A stretch of DNA of 64,000 bases from a virus (taxonomy: Duplodnaviria; Caudoviricetes), in IMG/VR virus record IMGVR_UViG_3300044693_000261, positions 1 to 64,000 of that record; one strand, given 5' to 3'. The notes below the pieces were generated by a model, which saw nothing but the letters and a program-made list of their open reading frames with translations, was not told the DNA's origin and did no database searches. Shown here one piece after another: positions 1 to 8,709 of this stretch. Positions within the stretch are counted from its first letter, which is position 1. Every line of letters begins with the position of its first letter. The position numbers were made by a program, and so were the translations under genes.

Positions 1-10
1 TAGGGCTGAC

Positions 11-349
11 TCACTTGCTGGCGCGCAGTTCGGCCAGGTGGGCGGCCACGTGGCCGGCGGCGTCCTCGCCCTGCTCGGTGCCGAAGCCGAAGTGGTCGTG
101 GTCGTCGCGCCGGCACAGCTCGGCGTCGCGCACGGCCAGCTCGGCCTGCATCTGACGGACGCGGCGACCCTTCTCCCATGCGCCGATCTCGGGGTGGGCG
201 TCCGCGTACTCCTCCCAGCTGCCCAGCCAGCGCCGCAGGTCGACCGTGCGGGCGGCGTGGTAGTAGCGGGCCGCGTTGGCGTCGAGCGTGTCGAGCGCGT
301 ACGCCTCGTCTTCGATCTCCAGCATGACCTGGTTAAAGCCGCTCATCAT
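11..349 (-). CDS. hypothetical phage protein
   Basis: ORF with GAGGGAG RBS, preceded by the full conserved promoter motif (TTGACC...TAAGCT...GTTCCG). Confidence 0.7.
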   Translation of the reverse strand: MMSGFNQVMLEIEDEAYALDTLDANAARYYHAARTVDLRRWLGSWEEYADAHPEIGAWEKGRRVRQMQAELAVRDAELCRRDDHDHFGFGTEQGEDAAGHVAAHLAELRASK

Positions 350-351
350 GT

Positions 352-406
352 TCTCCCTCTCGACCGGAACACGACAAGCTTAACCTACGACGCAAGGTTG
401 GGTCAA
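352..406 (-). promoter_or_regulatory. conserved phage promoter/leader motif (type copy): TTGACC-N18-TAAGCT-N7-GTTCCG-N3-GAGAGGGAG
   Basis: Minus strand reads ttgacccaaccttgcgtcgtaggttaagcttgtcgtgttccggtcgagagggag; about 28 related copies in the window. Confidence 0.8.
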
Positions 407-1707
407 GCGGGAGTTTGCGCCGGCATGGCGATCACGGCCCTGTCGGTCACCGACAGCACCTCCAGCGGCGTGCCAGCGGCGAGCGTCATCGTGCCCGAGG
501 TGACACCCACCGTCGTACCGGCGGTCGCCACCACGATCAGCGTCGTCGCGACGGTGCCGACCGGCGCGGCCAGCCCGAGAGTGATCGCGCCCGGCAGCGC
601 CAGCAGCTGACCGGGAACGGCGTCGATCGGCTCGGACAGCGTCCGATAGCCGGCCACGTCAGTGCCCAGGTCGACCGCGCCGGCCAGGCTCGGCACACCA
701 GGCAGGCTCTCGGTGGGCATGGCGTGCGCGAGCGCGCCGGGCCGGTCCGCGCCGGCGGCCAGCGCTTTCGCGGCGGGCGCGGTGCCGTTGCGGCCGCATT
801 CGATGGCGTGGCTGACGGTCTCGTCGGGCTCGCTGAACAGCAGGCCACAACGGCAGCCGTAGACCTCCTCGGCTCCGGCGGGCAGCACCGACGGGTCAGC
901 GGGGTGCAGCAGGCGCACGCCGCCGACCTCGAACCGGTCGCCGATGCGGCGCACCTGGCCGTCGGCGACGCGGTGCGTGGCACGCACGCGGGTGTCGTGC
1001 TTGGTGATCCACTGGGTGTGGGTGACGCCGAGCGCGCGGGCGGCCGCCAGTGAGGCGTCGCCGGCGAGCGCGGTGGCCAGGGTGCGGCCGGATAGCAACA
1101 GCCAGTTGCCGCCCTTGCGGTGCTGGGCGCGCACCATGTCCACGACCTGATCGAGGGTGTCGGCCTCGGCGCTGGCCTGGTCGATCGTCTCGCGCATGGC
1201 GTCGGCGTAGTGCTGGGCGGACTGCCGGACGCGCTCGGCGGCGTCCTGGGCGGCGGCCGCCATGGATGCGCCGTCGAACAGCGTGGTGCCGGCAGCGCTG
1301 TGGCCCAGACGGCCGGCGACGTCGTCGACGCTGCCGGTGAGGATGCGGCGCGCGGCGGGCAGTGCGGCCGGTTCGATCTCGTCAACGGCCTTGGCCGGGA
1401 CGATGTAGCCGGCGTCCAGCGGGCGCGGCTCGCCGGCGGTCTGGCCGGACCAGAACTTGGTGCCTCGGCGCGCCTTGGGCCCGTTGAGCCGGGCGAGGAT
1501 CACGGCGATGGTGCGATCCAGCCACGCGGTGATCACTCCGGCCATGATCGCCTCGTTGGCGCGGGCGCGGGCGTCGGACAACGCGGCCAGCTGATCACGC
1601 TGCGGTCCAGGGGCTGGGTTCGGCGCGGCCTCGGTCACCGTGATCGAGTTCGCCTGGACTGCCGGGAGGCTATCGCCAGGCAGCGGCTCGCGCGCCGCGC
1701 TGCTCAC
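403..1707 (-). CDS. phage head morphogenesis / minor head protein (Mu gpF, SPP1 gp7 family)
   Basis: Motif WITKHDTRVRATHRVADGQ...HPADP...YGCRC; directly downstream of the portal. Confidence 0.85.
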   Translation of the reverse strand: MSSAAREPLPGDSLPAVQANSITVTEAAPNPAPGPQRDQLAALSDARARANEAIMAGVITAWLDRTIAVILARLNGPKARRGTKFWSGQTAGEPRPLDAGYIVPAKAVDEIEPAALPAARRILTGSVDDVAGRLGHSAAGTTLFDGASMAAAAQDAAERVRQSAQHYADAMRETIDQASAEADTLDQVVDMVRAQHRKGGNWLLLSGRTLATALAGDASLAAARALGVTHTQWITKHDTRVRATHRVADGQVRRIGDRFEVGGVRLLHPADPSVLPAGAEEVYGCRCGLLFSEPDETVSHAIECGRNGTAPAAKALAAGADRPGALAHAMPTESLPGVPSLAGAVDLGTDVAGYRTLSEPIDAVPGQLLALPGAITLGLAAPVGTVATTLIVVATAGTTVGVTSGTMTLAAGTPLEVLSVTDRAVIAMPAQTPA

Positions 1708-3235
1708 CCTCGCTTCCGGCAGGCAGCTCCTTGACCTCGTCGGCGGGCAGCGTCAGCTCGCTGTAGCCGCTCTGCGCGCGCATGCCGTCCAGCTGTGAGT
1801 CCATGTTGCTGTAGAGGTTGGACAGCTGACTGGACAGCGCGCCGCCGCCATCGCCGCCGGGCGGCAGTGCGGGCGCGGCCGGCGCGCCGCCGATCACGGG
1901 CAGCTTGGACACGGCCTCGGCGTCGCCGGCGTGCTCCGGGTCGCTGTCCTGGACGATGACGCGGCCGCCCGGAATCCACAGGGTGCGCGTGGCCGGGACG
2001 TCCCAGCGATCCAGTCCCATCGTTTCGCGCAGGTCGTCGAGGGTGATGCCGCCCTGGGCGAAGGCGCTGAACGCGCGGTCGATGTCGGTGCGCTTATTGC
2101 GGCCGAGCACCCAGACGTCGCTGATGTCGTGCTGGAGGTAGACGTCGTCGTCGAATCCGCCGGGGGTGAGCTGATCGAGCTGTGCGTCCAGCATGGCCAG
2201 CAGCGGACCCTGGCTGTGCTCCCACCACGAGTAGACCTCGGCGTCGGCGTTGTCGAAGGTGCGGCCGGACGCGTCGCCCATCATCGACTCGGGCACGCCG
2301 AACGCGATCGAGAACTCCTTCTCGGTGCGCGACATCGTGTCGCCCCACTGCGTGTCGCGCGGGGTGCCCGAGGTGTCGACCCAGTTCATCTCGTCGGTCT
2401 CGATCACCGTCGTGCGGCCGGCGTGGTCTGGACCACCCTGGAAGCGCGATTGCAGGCGGATCTCGGTGGATTCGGAGATCGGACCCTTGACGCTGAGGAT
2501 GCCGCCGGGGCGGCCGTCGTTCTGAAGGAACCGCCGGTTGTAGAGGCGGGCGTACTTGTCCAGGTCGGCCGAGAGGCCGGCGGCCTCCATTGGCGACATG
2601 CCCCGGCTGAACATCGTGGGGTGCGGGCTGCGGACCCACACCACACCCGAGGGCTGATCGGACACGTCGGCGTCGGGATCCCACGGCGGCAGGTAGTCGT
2701 AGCCGCCGTCCTGCGCGCCTTTCAAGATCCGGAACGAGCCGATGGGGGTGTTGGACCCGGGCAGGATGTCGACGCGGTCGGCGTCGAGCAGGTTCACCGA
2801 GTAGATGCCGCCCTGGTTGTTGCGCACCGCTTCGATGAACACGCCCCGGCTGGACAGCACGTAGTTGGCGACCAGGCGGTGTCGCCAGATCTTGGCCACC
2901 TCGGTCGGGTTGGCCTTGCGGTTGAGCACCCGCAGCAGGCGACGCTGTTGGGGGTCCAACTCCTCGGGCTTGAGGATCTGGCCGTCGCGGGGATCGCCTT
3001 CGCGCAGGATCATGCGCCGGTTGATCGCGTTGGCGCAGATGACCTCGACGCAGCGGAAGATGTACGGGTTGAACTGGTATCCGTCAGCGACGGCGCGGTC
3101 GACGTTCCAGTCCTTGATATAGGGCTGGCCGGGGGTGGTCCAGGTGCGCGGCTCCGACATGACGCGCCCGGCGAGGCCCTTGGTCTCGACCCCCCGGAAC
3201 ATCCGGCGCAGCGCGGGCAGGAACTCCCGAGGCAC
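1670..3235 (-). CDS. phage portal protein (HK97-like)
   Basis: Motifs RGMSPMEAA, FLQNDGRPGGIL, FSIAFGVPESMMG, TFDNA, ITLDDLRETMGL. Confidence 0.92.
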   Translation of the reverse strand: MPREFLPALRRMFRGVETKGLAGRVMSEPRTWTTPGQPYIKDWNVDRAVADGYQFNPYIFRCVEVICANAINRRMILREGDPRDGQILKPEELDPQQRRLLRVLNRKANPTEVAKIWRHRLVANYVLSSRGVFIEAVRNNQGGIYSVNLLDADRVDILPGSNTPIGSFRILKGAQDGGYDYLPPWDPDADVSDQPSGVVWVRSPHPTMFSRGMSPMEAAGLSADLDKYARLYNRRFLQNDGRPGGILSVKGPISESTEIRLQSRFQGGPDHAGRTTVIETDEMNWVDTSGTPRDTQWGDTMSRTEKEFSIAFGVPESMMGDASGRTFDNADAEVYSWWEHSQGPLLAMLDAQLDQLTPGGFDDDVYLQHDISDVWVLGRNKRTDIDRAFSAFAQGGITLDDLRETMGLDRWDVPATRTLWIPGGRVIVQDSDPEHAGDAEAVSKLPVIGGAPAAPALPPGGDGGGALSSQLSNLYSNMDSQLDGMRAQSGYSELTLPADEVKELPAGSEGEQRGARAAAWR

Positions 3236-3308
3236 GACACCCGCCTCTCATTGCTGGTCACCGACACCGTCGACGCGAGGGTAACCGCCCGTCAGGGCCC
3301 GGAAATGC

Positions 3309-3346
3309 TCGACGCGCCGCACGATCATCGTGTGCGGCGCGTCGAC
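3309..3346. terminator. GC-rich hairpin, probable intrinsic terminator
   Basis: tcgacgcgccgcac...gtgcggcgcgtcga inverted repeat. Confidence 0.55.
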
Positions 3347-3391
3347 TGAAGCGGCCGGGGAGTGAATCCTTTGCTTCCGTTGAAAGTTTAA

Positions 3392-3577
3392 CTACCGCTC
3401 CGGCTCGCCTTGATCACGATCGTGTCTCATCAGGACAAACCCGATAGCGATCAGTATCGGTCCGTTGACCAGCAGCAACGCCACCCAGCTGTTCAGCATC
3501 GCGGTGCCGACCTCCAGCGCGGCAACGCCCAGTGCGGCGATGATGAGACCGACGATCTCGCGTCCAGCTCCGCTCAT
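3392..3577 (-). CDS. small two-TM membrane protein upstream of the portal
   Basis: MSGAGREIVGLIIAALG... with two hydrophobic stretches; start overlaps the upstream stop. Confidence 0.65.
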   Translation of the reverse strand: MSGAGREIVGLIIAALGVAALEVGTAMLNSWVALLLVNGPILIAIGFVLMRHDRDQGEPER

Positions 3578-4437
3578 GCCAGCGGCCTCCATCTCGGCGC
3601 GTTCCGACCCCGTCGCAGCCACGCTCGCGCGGTCTCCTCGACCCTGCACACAGCGCAGCCGCAGTGGCCGACCAGCGCACTGTGCCAGCAGTCGTTGCTC
3701 GACCGCAGCGCCGGCTCGATACCGAAGTTGTACCGGCGGACGTGCTCGACGACCAGATCCGCCGGAACATCGACCAACTTCAGCACGGTGCAACCGCGCG
3801 GCAGCTCGCGCGCTGACGGTGGCCGTTCGGCATCCCACAGCAGCACCCCACCGGCAGCGGTGATCACGAGGTAGGTCGCCGGTGCGGGCGGAACGGGGCC
3901 ACCGTGCAGCAGCAGCGCCCGCCGAGCTTGCCGAACACGATGGGTGGCGTTGTCCTCGGCGCTGATCCACACATTCGCGGCGCGCTCGCGGTTGCGACGC
4001 GCCGCGAGCGGCGAGTCCTTCTCGGCCTGGATACGCGGGTCGTCGGGTGCCCAGTGCTCGCGGAAGCCCTCGGCGGTGCGCTGCTCGGCGTAGGCGTCGG
4101 CGCACTGCTCGCGGCAGTACAGCGGTGACGGCCCGTCCGGATCGAGCGGGTCGCCGCAGCGCATGCAGTGCCCGTCGAACGGCGACGCCTCGTCGATCAG
4201 GGTCTGGATCCGGTCGACGAGGTCGGCCGGCGGCTGATCGGTCGACGCGGCGGCCTCGGTCATCGCGGCCTCGAACGCGAGGATTCGCTCCTGCTCGCGC
4301 TCGGCGTTGTCGTGGGTGCTTGGCAGCATCTCCGCCGGAACGTCGAAGGTCTGGGCCAGTTCGTCGATCCACGCACCTCGGACGCTGTAACCGCGTAGCT
4401 GGTCGCGACTGGTCGACTGGTCGTCATCGGTGCTCAT
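3574..4437 (-). CDS. hypothetical protein with Cys/His clusters and an N-terminal terminase Walker-B-like segment
   Basis: ATG overlaps the upstream stop; DQLRGYSVRGAWIDELA; CMRC...YCREQC; CGCAVC. Confidence 0.65.
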   Translation of the reverse strand: MSTDDDQSTSRDQLRGYSVRGAWIDELAQTFDVPAEMLPSTHDNAEREQERILAFEAAMTEAAASTDQPPADLVDRIQTLIDEASPFDGHCMRCGDPLDPDGPSPLYCREQCADAYAEQRTAEGFREHWAPDDPRIQAEKDSPLAARRNRERAANVWISAEDNATHRVRQARRALLLHGGPVPPAPATYLVITAAGGVLLWDAERPPSARELPRGCTVLKLVDVPADLVVEHVRRYNFGIEPALRSSNDCWHSALVGHCGCAVCRVEETARAWLRRGRNAPRWRPLA

Positions 4438-4952
4438 GAGCCGCCGTTGCCTCCCTTCTCCGCCAGAACGGCCGTCGCCAGCGCGGCCACGAACAGCCAG
4501 AACTTGTGCCAGGTCTGGTCGAGCAGCTTGCCGCCGGTGAACGGCGCGCCGGGGCCGAGGCGGTGGAGGAAGCCCTTGCCCAGCGCGTCGTGCATCGCCT
4601 GGGCGGTGTATTCGCGGTCCATGTAGTAGTGGGTGACCGCGCTGACCAGCTGGCCGGCGGCGATGGCCCGCCAGCCGAGGCCGAGGCCGAGCACCCGACT
4701 CACCAGCGCGAGCAGCGCGACCTGGGTGGCGGTGTAGCTGGCGACGTGGCCGGCACAGGCGAGCCTGCCGGTGCGGGTGCGGTGCGCGCAGGTGGCGCGG
4801 GTCGTGCACTCGTCGCGGTGGTGGTCGGCGTGACCGCGCCGGCGCTTACGCCAGGATTGGCTTCCGGTCTGCATGTAGTAGTCGCCGAGGTCGTGCGCGA
4901 TCAGGCTGGCGGCGAGCACGGCGACGAAACGGATGGCGCGAGCGGTGTTCAC
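4434..4952 (-). CDS. DUF3307-like membrane protein
   Basis: HDLGDY..QT, AC..HV..Y, THYYMDR, DQTWH pattern. Confidence 0.75.
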   Translation of the reverse strand: MNTARAIRFVAVLAASLIAHDLGDYYMQTGSQSWRKRRRGHADHHRDECTTRATCAHRTRTGRLACAGHVASYTATQVALLALVSRVLGLGLGWRAIAAGQLVSAVTHYYMDREYTAQAMHDALGKGFLHRLGPGAPFTGGKLLDQTWHKFWLFVAALATAVLAEKGGNGGS

Positions 4953-5164
4953 AGTTCACCCTCCCTGAACAGGTAGCCCGTGATCGGGTCCACGTGTCCA
5001 GAGTCGGGCATGTCTGCGCCGTTCCGTGTGTCATATGACACCGACCGGCAGAGTTCCACGACGCGCACGGCGAGCACCGCCGCGCCGCCGAGCAGCAGGG
5101 CCGCGCCGCCGACGGCGAGTAATCCCAGGCCGCCGGTGATCGCGAGCAGGGCGAGCGTGTCCAT
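4949..5164 (-). CDS. small membrane protein
   Basis: MDTLALLAITGG... hydrophobic; coupled start/stop overlaps. Confidence 0.55.
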   Translation of the reverse strand: MDTLALLAITGGLGLLAVGGAALLLGGAAVLAVRVVELCRSVSYDTRNGADMPDSGHVDPITGYLFREGEL

Positions 5165-5727
5165 CAGGGTCGCCACCACGCGCGGCCGCTGGCGCGCTTC
5201 TCGGCGACGTGGGCGCGGTAGGACTCGATCAGCTTCGCCATGCGCTGCCGTGCCCACTCCGGTGCGCCGCTGAACGTCTCCTCGGCGCGTGCCAGGTCGC
5301 TCGGATCCTGCGGGTAGCTGTCCAGCCGAGGCTGAAAGTCGGGCTCGGTCGCGTAGCGGATCAGCTGACGTGCGCTCACGCCCAGCTGGCGACCCTGCCG
5401 CTGCTCGGTCAGCCACTGCTGGCCGAGGTAGATCATCTCGCGCGTGGGCAGCTCGGCCTCGGGCTCGCGCGGCGGGTGCTCGGCGTCCCACTTGTCGGCG
5501 GCCTCGGCGGCGGCGCGCACGAACCCGGACGGCTCGCGGTGCGACGGCGCGACCGCGCCCCACACGCGCGCCGCCTGGTCCCAGGCGATGCAGGGGCCGA
5601 ACAGCGCGCGGCCGATCTCGACCTCGCGCGAGGCCGGCTGGAGCGCGGCCCAGCGGGCATATCCGGCGCGGGTGCTCTCGTTGTGCTGGCGGTTGACGGC
5701 CCACCACTGCTCGAAAGTCTCGGTCAC
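5164..5727 (-). CDS. hypothetical protein
   Basis: GTG start overlapping the upstream stop, high GC3. Confidence 0.6.
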   Translation of the reverse strand: MTETFEQWWAVNRQHNESTRAGYARWAALQPASREVEIGRALFGPCIAWDQAARVWGAVAPSHREPSGFVRAAAEAADKWDAEHPPREPEAELPTREMIYLGQQWLTEQRQGRQLGVSARQLIRYATEPDFQPRLDSYPQDPSDLARAEETFSGAPEWARQRMAKLIESYRAHVAEKRASGRAWWRP

Positions 5728-5927
5728 GGCTTGCACTCTCCGTTCAGGGCCCGCTCGCACTCGCGGCAGGTGACGTTGCGCGGGTCGCTGGTGACGTTGC
5801 CGTAGCGCACCTTGTCGCCGCAGATGGCGGTCACCGGGAACCGCTGCGACAGCCACAGTCGCAGTCGGCCCACGTGGTGGAACTCGATCTTTCTCAAGAC
5901 CTGGCTCCCGTACAGGATTTCGTCCAT
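5724..5927 (-). CDS. small Cys-containing hypothetical protein
   Basis: AAGGAGGG RBS and the GTTCCG promoter motif upstream. Confidence 0.6.
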   Translation of the reverse strand: MDEILYGSQVLRKIEFHHVGRLRLWLSQRFPVTAICGDKVRYGNVTSDPRNVTCRECERALNGECKP

Positions 5928-5983
5928 GGTCACACCCTCCTTTGCCGGAACACCGCAAGCATAGCCAGCGCAATGCCGGCGGT

Positions 5984-7078
5984 CTAGCGCGCGCGCCGCT
6001 TCGACGCCCACAAGTCGATTCGGTCATAGATCTCGGCCAGCACCACCGAGGCCAGCTCACGCACCTTGCCCGGATCGCCGGCCACCGTCATCGCGGCCGC
6101 GTACTGCGCGGCGTCCCGCAACGCCTGCCGCGTCTCGAACTCGCCGCCCTGCCTGCGGCAGTAGGTGACCACCGCGTAGAGCACGTCATGCAGGAACTGC
6201 ACCGACGCCCCCATCTCGGCGGCCGCCGGCACCGTGTTCTGCATGGCCACGTCGGCCAGCGTCGCCCAGTGCTCGTAGGTCAGCCAGTCCGGCAGCGCCC
6301 GCGCCGGCGCGTCCAGTACGAGCCTGCCCTGCGCCGCTGGGCCGCCGGCCACGGTGGTCCGGCCGTCGCCGAGGTCGGCGGTTTGGCCGGCGATGTGGCC
6401 GGCGTAGACGCCAACGCCGTCGCGCACGATCGGTTCGGCCGTCTCCAGGTCGCCGGTCTGCTCCTCGAAGAAGGAGCGCACACGTTCGCGGCGGCTGGCC
6501 AGCACCGGCAGCACCGAGATCGGCAGGTTGCCCGCGCCGGTCTCGCCGGCGTGCTCCTGCTCGTACTGCTCGACGACCTCGTTCTGCATGGCCTTCAGTC
6601 GGGTGATGACGGCGTTGGCGAAGCCGAACAGGAAGTCGCGCAGGAACGTCACCCGCGACACCCCCGCTGGCTCGCGGGTGCGCGCCATCTCATTGGTCGC
6701 CTGCATGACCAGCGAGGTGTAGAGCATCTGCGTGCGGTCCAGGTCGCTGCGGTAGCCGTAGAGCGTGGCGGACTCGATGGCGTGCCGACCGCGCCATCCC
6801 CGCGTGCTGGACTCGCAGCCGAACACGAAACCGATGGCGGTCAGCAGCTCGGCCTTCTCGTAGGTGTAGGGCGCGTGCATCGTGATCGTCACGCTGTCGA
6901 GACCGCCCTCGTCCTGCCCGCCGGCGGCGTCGAGCATGGCCTGACTGATGCCGTATTCGGTGATCAGCCGCATTGCCTTGCGGCTGGCGGCCTCGGCCTC
7001 CCTCGGCTCGGTGTCGACGCGCTGCGCCCGGTCGAGCAGGGCGCGGACGCGCTTGAGTCGTCGGTCCATCTCGGTCAC
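5984..7078 (-). CDS. DUF2786 domain protein
   Basis: RLKRVRALLDRA...EAEAASRKAMRLITEYGIS; FLRDFLFGFA. Confidence 0.8.
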   Translation of the reverse strand: MTEMDRRLKRVRALLDRAQRVDTEPREAEAASRKAMRLITEYGISQAMLDAAGGQDEGGLDSVTITMHAPYTYEKAELLTAIGFVFGCESSTRGWRGRHAIESATLYGYRSDLDRTQMLYTSLVMQATNEMARTREPAGVSRVTFLRDFLFGFANAVITRLKAMQNEVVEQYEQEHAGETGAGNLPISVLPVLASRRERVRSFFEEQTGDLETAEPIVRDGVGVYAGHIAGQTADLGDGRTTVAGGPAAQGRLVLDAPARALPDWLTYEHWATLADVAMQNTVPAAAEMGASVQFLHDVLYAVVTYCRRQGGEFETRQALRDAAQYAAAMTVAGDPGKVRELASVVLAEIYDRIDLWASKRRAR

Positions 7079-7121
7079 GTGGTGATCCTCTCCAGTCCGG
7101 AACGGGTCAAGGGTTGCCAGC

Positions 7122-7562
7122 CTAGCAGGGCTCGGCGACCGCCCGGCCGCGCGTGAACTCACGCAGCAGCGCGGCGGCGGCCGCCTTGGTGTGTCGGCGG
7201 CCGATACGCCACCGACCGGTAAAGGCGAACCATTCACGGGCATAGGGGGAACGGACAATGTGCCCGATCACGCGGTCACTGTAGATGACGTGCCAGCCAC
7301 CCTCGGAGCGTTTACGTAGGCCGGTGAACGGCGGCCTACGCACGAAGCTCGTGCCACATTCGGTGAGCACGATCCTGTCGACAATGCCGCTGTTCGTTCG
7401 CGTGAGATATTCGACCGTCGCCTGTCTTGTGCGCACGCCTTCGACGCCGACGGGCCGGGCGATGTGGCGTATCTTCAGCCACCCTCGCCCGCCGTTGACT
7501 TCCCTGATGACCATTTCGCGCTTGATATCGACCAGCGCTATTTCGGTCGCCTCCTTGGCCAT
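7122..7562 (-). CDS. hypothetical basic protein with lower-GC codon usage
   Basis: AAGGAGG RBS before ATG; visibly more A/T-ending codons. Confidence 0.6.
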   Translation of the reverse strand: MAKEATEIALVDIKREMVIREVNGGRGWLKIRHIARPVGVEGVRTRQATVEYLTRTNSGIVDRIVLTECGTSFVRRPPFTGLRKRSEGGWHVIYSDRVIGHIVRSPYAREWFAFTGRWRIGRRHTKAAAAALLREFTRGRAVAEPC

Positions 7563-7600
7563 GTTCTGCGCACCTCCTTGTACGACGACCATCGAACATC

Positions 7601-7904
7601 GACGGGGACAGCGGGAAGCCTTCCCCGTCGGCTGCGACGGGGAAGGCGACGGGGAACGACGGGGAATCAGTCCCGGACGGTGCATCGGGTCAGCACGGTC
7701 TGGCACTCCCCGTCGCGGGTGGCGTGCTCCTTCACGGTTCCCCGCAGGCTGATCACGGTTCCCCGTAGCTCGGGGAAGCAGCGGGAGGCGGTCCACTTCA
7801 CGGTTCCCCGTTCGGTGTCGATCACGAGGAGCGTCCGCACGCCGTAGTCCCCGTCGATCTCCCACTGGACGCGCACCGTCCCCGTGACCTCCAGACGCTC
7901 CCCG
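7601..7904. repeat. cluster of GACGGGGA(A)/TCCCCG repeats with a polarity switch near 7670, including hairpin 7619-7646
   Basis: Plus-strand GACGGGGA at 7601, 7636, 7648, 7658; opposite-orientation TCCCCG cores at 7622, 7707, 7739, 7760, 7805, 7848, 7879, 7899. Confidence 0.75.
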
Positions 7905-8452
7905 ACGGTGCCGAAGTGGGCGTTGACGCGGCCGGCGGCCTCCTCGGCGCGCTGCCGCGCCTGCTCCTCGGCGTCAGCGGCGTGCCGCATGCCCTCGCGG
8001 ATCAGCTTCTCGGCGAACTCGATCTGGCGGGGGCTCATCTCGCCCTTGTGCAGCAGGTCCAGGGCGAGGCTGCCGAGGGTGCCGGAGTAGTCGGGCAGGT
8101 AGGTCAGCTCGGCCAGCAACGGGTGCGCGTCGACCAGGGCGGCGATCTTGCCGGGCAGGGCGGCCAGCTTGGCGGCCTCGCGGCGCTCGCGGCGGGCTTC
8201 GCGCAGCTCGCGCTCGTGGTCGCGCTTGGCGATCTGCTCGTGGGTCATCCACGCGCCGCCGCTCGCGCCGGTGGCGGTGCGGCAGCCCCAACACCAGCTG
8301 TAGTCGAGCAGCGAGGGGTAGTGGGCGGTGCCGTTGCACTTCCAGCAGGGCACCCAGACGTGCTCGACGCCGCCGATCATGCGGGTCTCGCCGGCCTCGT
8401 GGATCTTGACGAACAGCTCTGCCGGGACTCCGTTGATCGTGTGCTGGACCAT
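7667..8452 (-). CDS. hypothetical protein with an N-terminal CxxC zinc finger and a C-terminal OB-fold-like region
   Basis: CWKCNGT...CWGC; C-terminal HFGTVGERLE...KWTAS...GTVKEH..RDGECQTVLTRC; full promoter motif upstream. Confidence 0.7.
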   Translation of the reverse strand: MVQHTINGVPAELFVKIHEAGETRMIGGVEHVWVPCWKCNGTAHYPSLLDYSWCWGCRTATGASGGAWMTHEQIAKRDHERELREARRERREAAKLAALPGKIAALVDAHPLLAELTYLPDYSGTLGSLALDLLHKGEMSPRQIEFAEKLIREGMRHAADAEEQARQRAEEAAGRVNAHFGTVGERLEVTGTVRVQWEIDGDYGVRTLLVIDTERGTVKWTASRCFPELRGTVISLRGTVKEHATRDGECQTVLTRCTVRD

Positions 8453-8577
8453 GGCGCTGACTCCCTCTCGCGTGCGGAACACCACAAGCATAACCAGCGC
8501 CGAGAGCTTGGGTCAACGACTACTTTCCGTCACTGTCTCAGGACACCCCCACCTCGTTCGACCCGCCTCGAACATGA

Positions 8578-8674
8578 GACAGCCGTGAGACAGCCAGAAA
8601 GCCTATTACGCGCGCGCGTACGCGTACACACGCACGCCTGCGCATAGGCTGCCCTGCGCTGTCTCACGGCTGTC
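8578..8674. repeat. 17-bp perfect inverted repeat around a 31-nt alternating purine/pyrimidine tract, directly downstream of traB (candidate clt or origin-like site)
   Basis: GACAGCCGTGAGACAGC 8578-8594 and GCTGTCTCACGGCTGTC 8658-8674; inner AGCCTAT/ATAGGCT; alternating tract 8607-8637. Confidence 0.7.
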
Positions 8675-8709
8675 AGGTGTCTCACGGACGGCCGTGCGGG
8701 CCTGTCACG

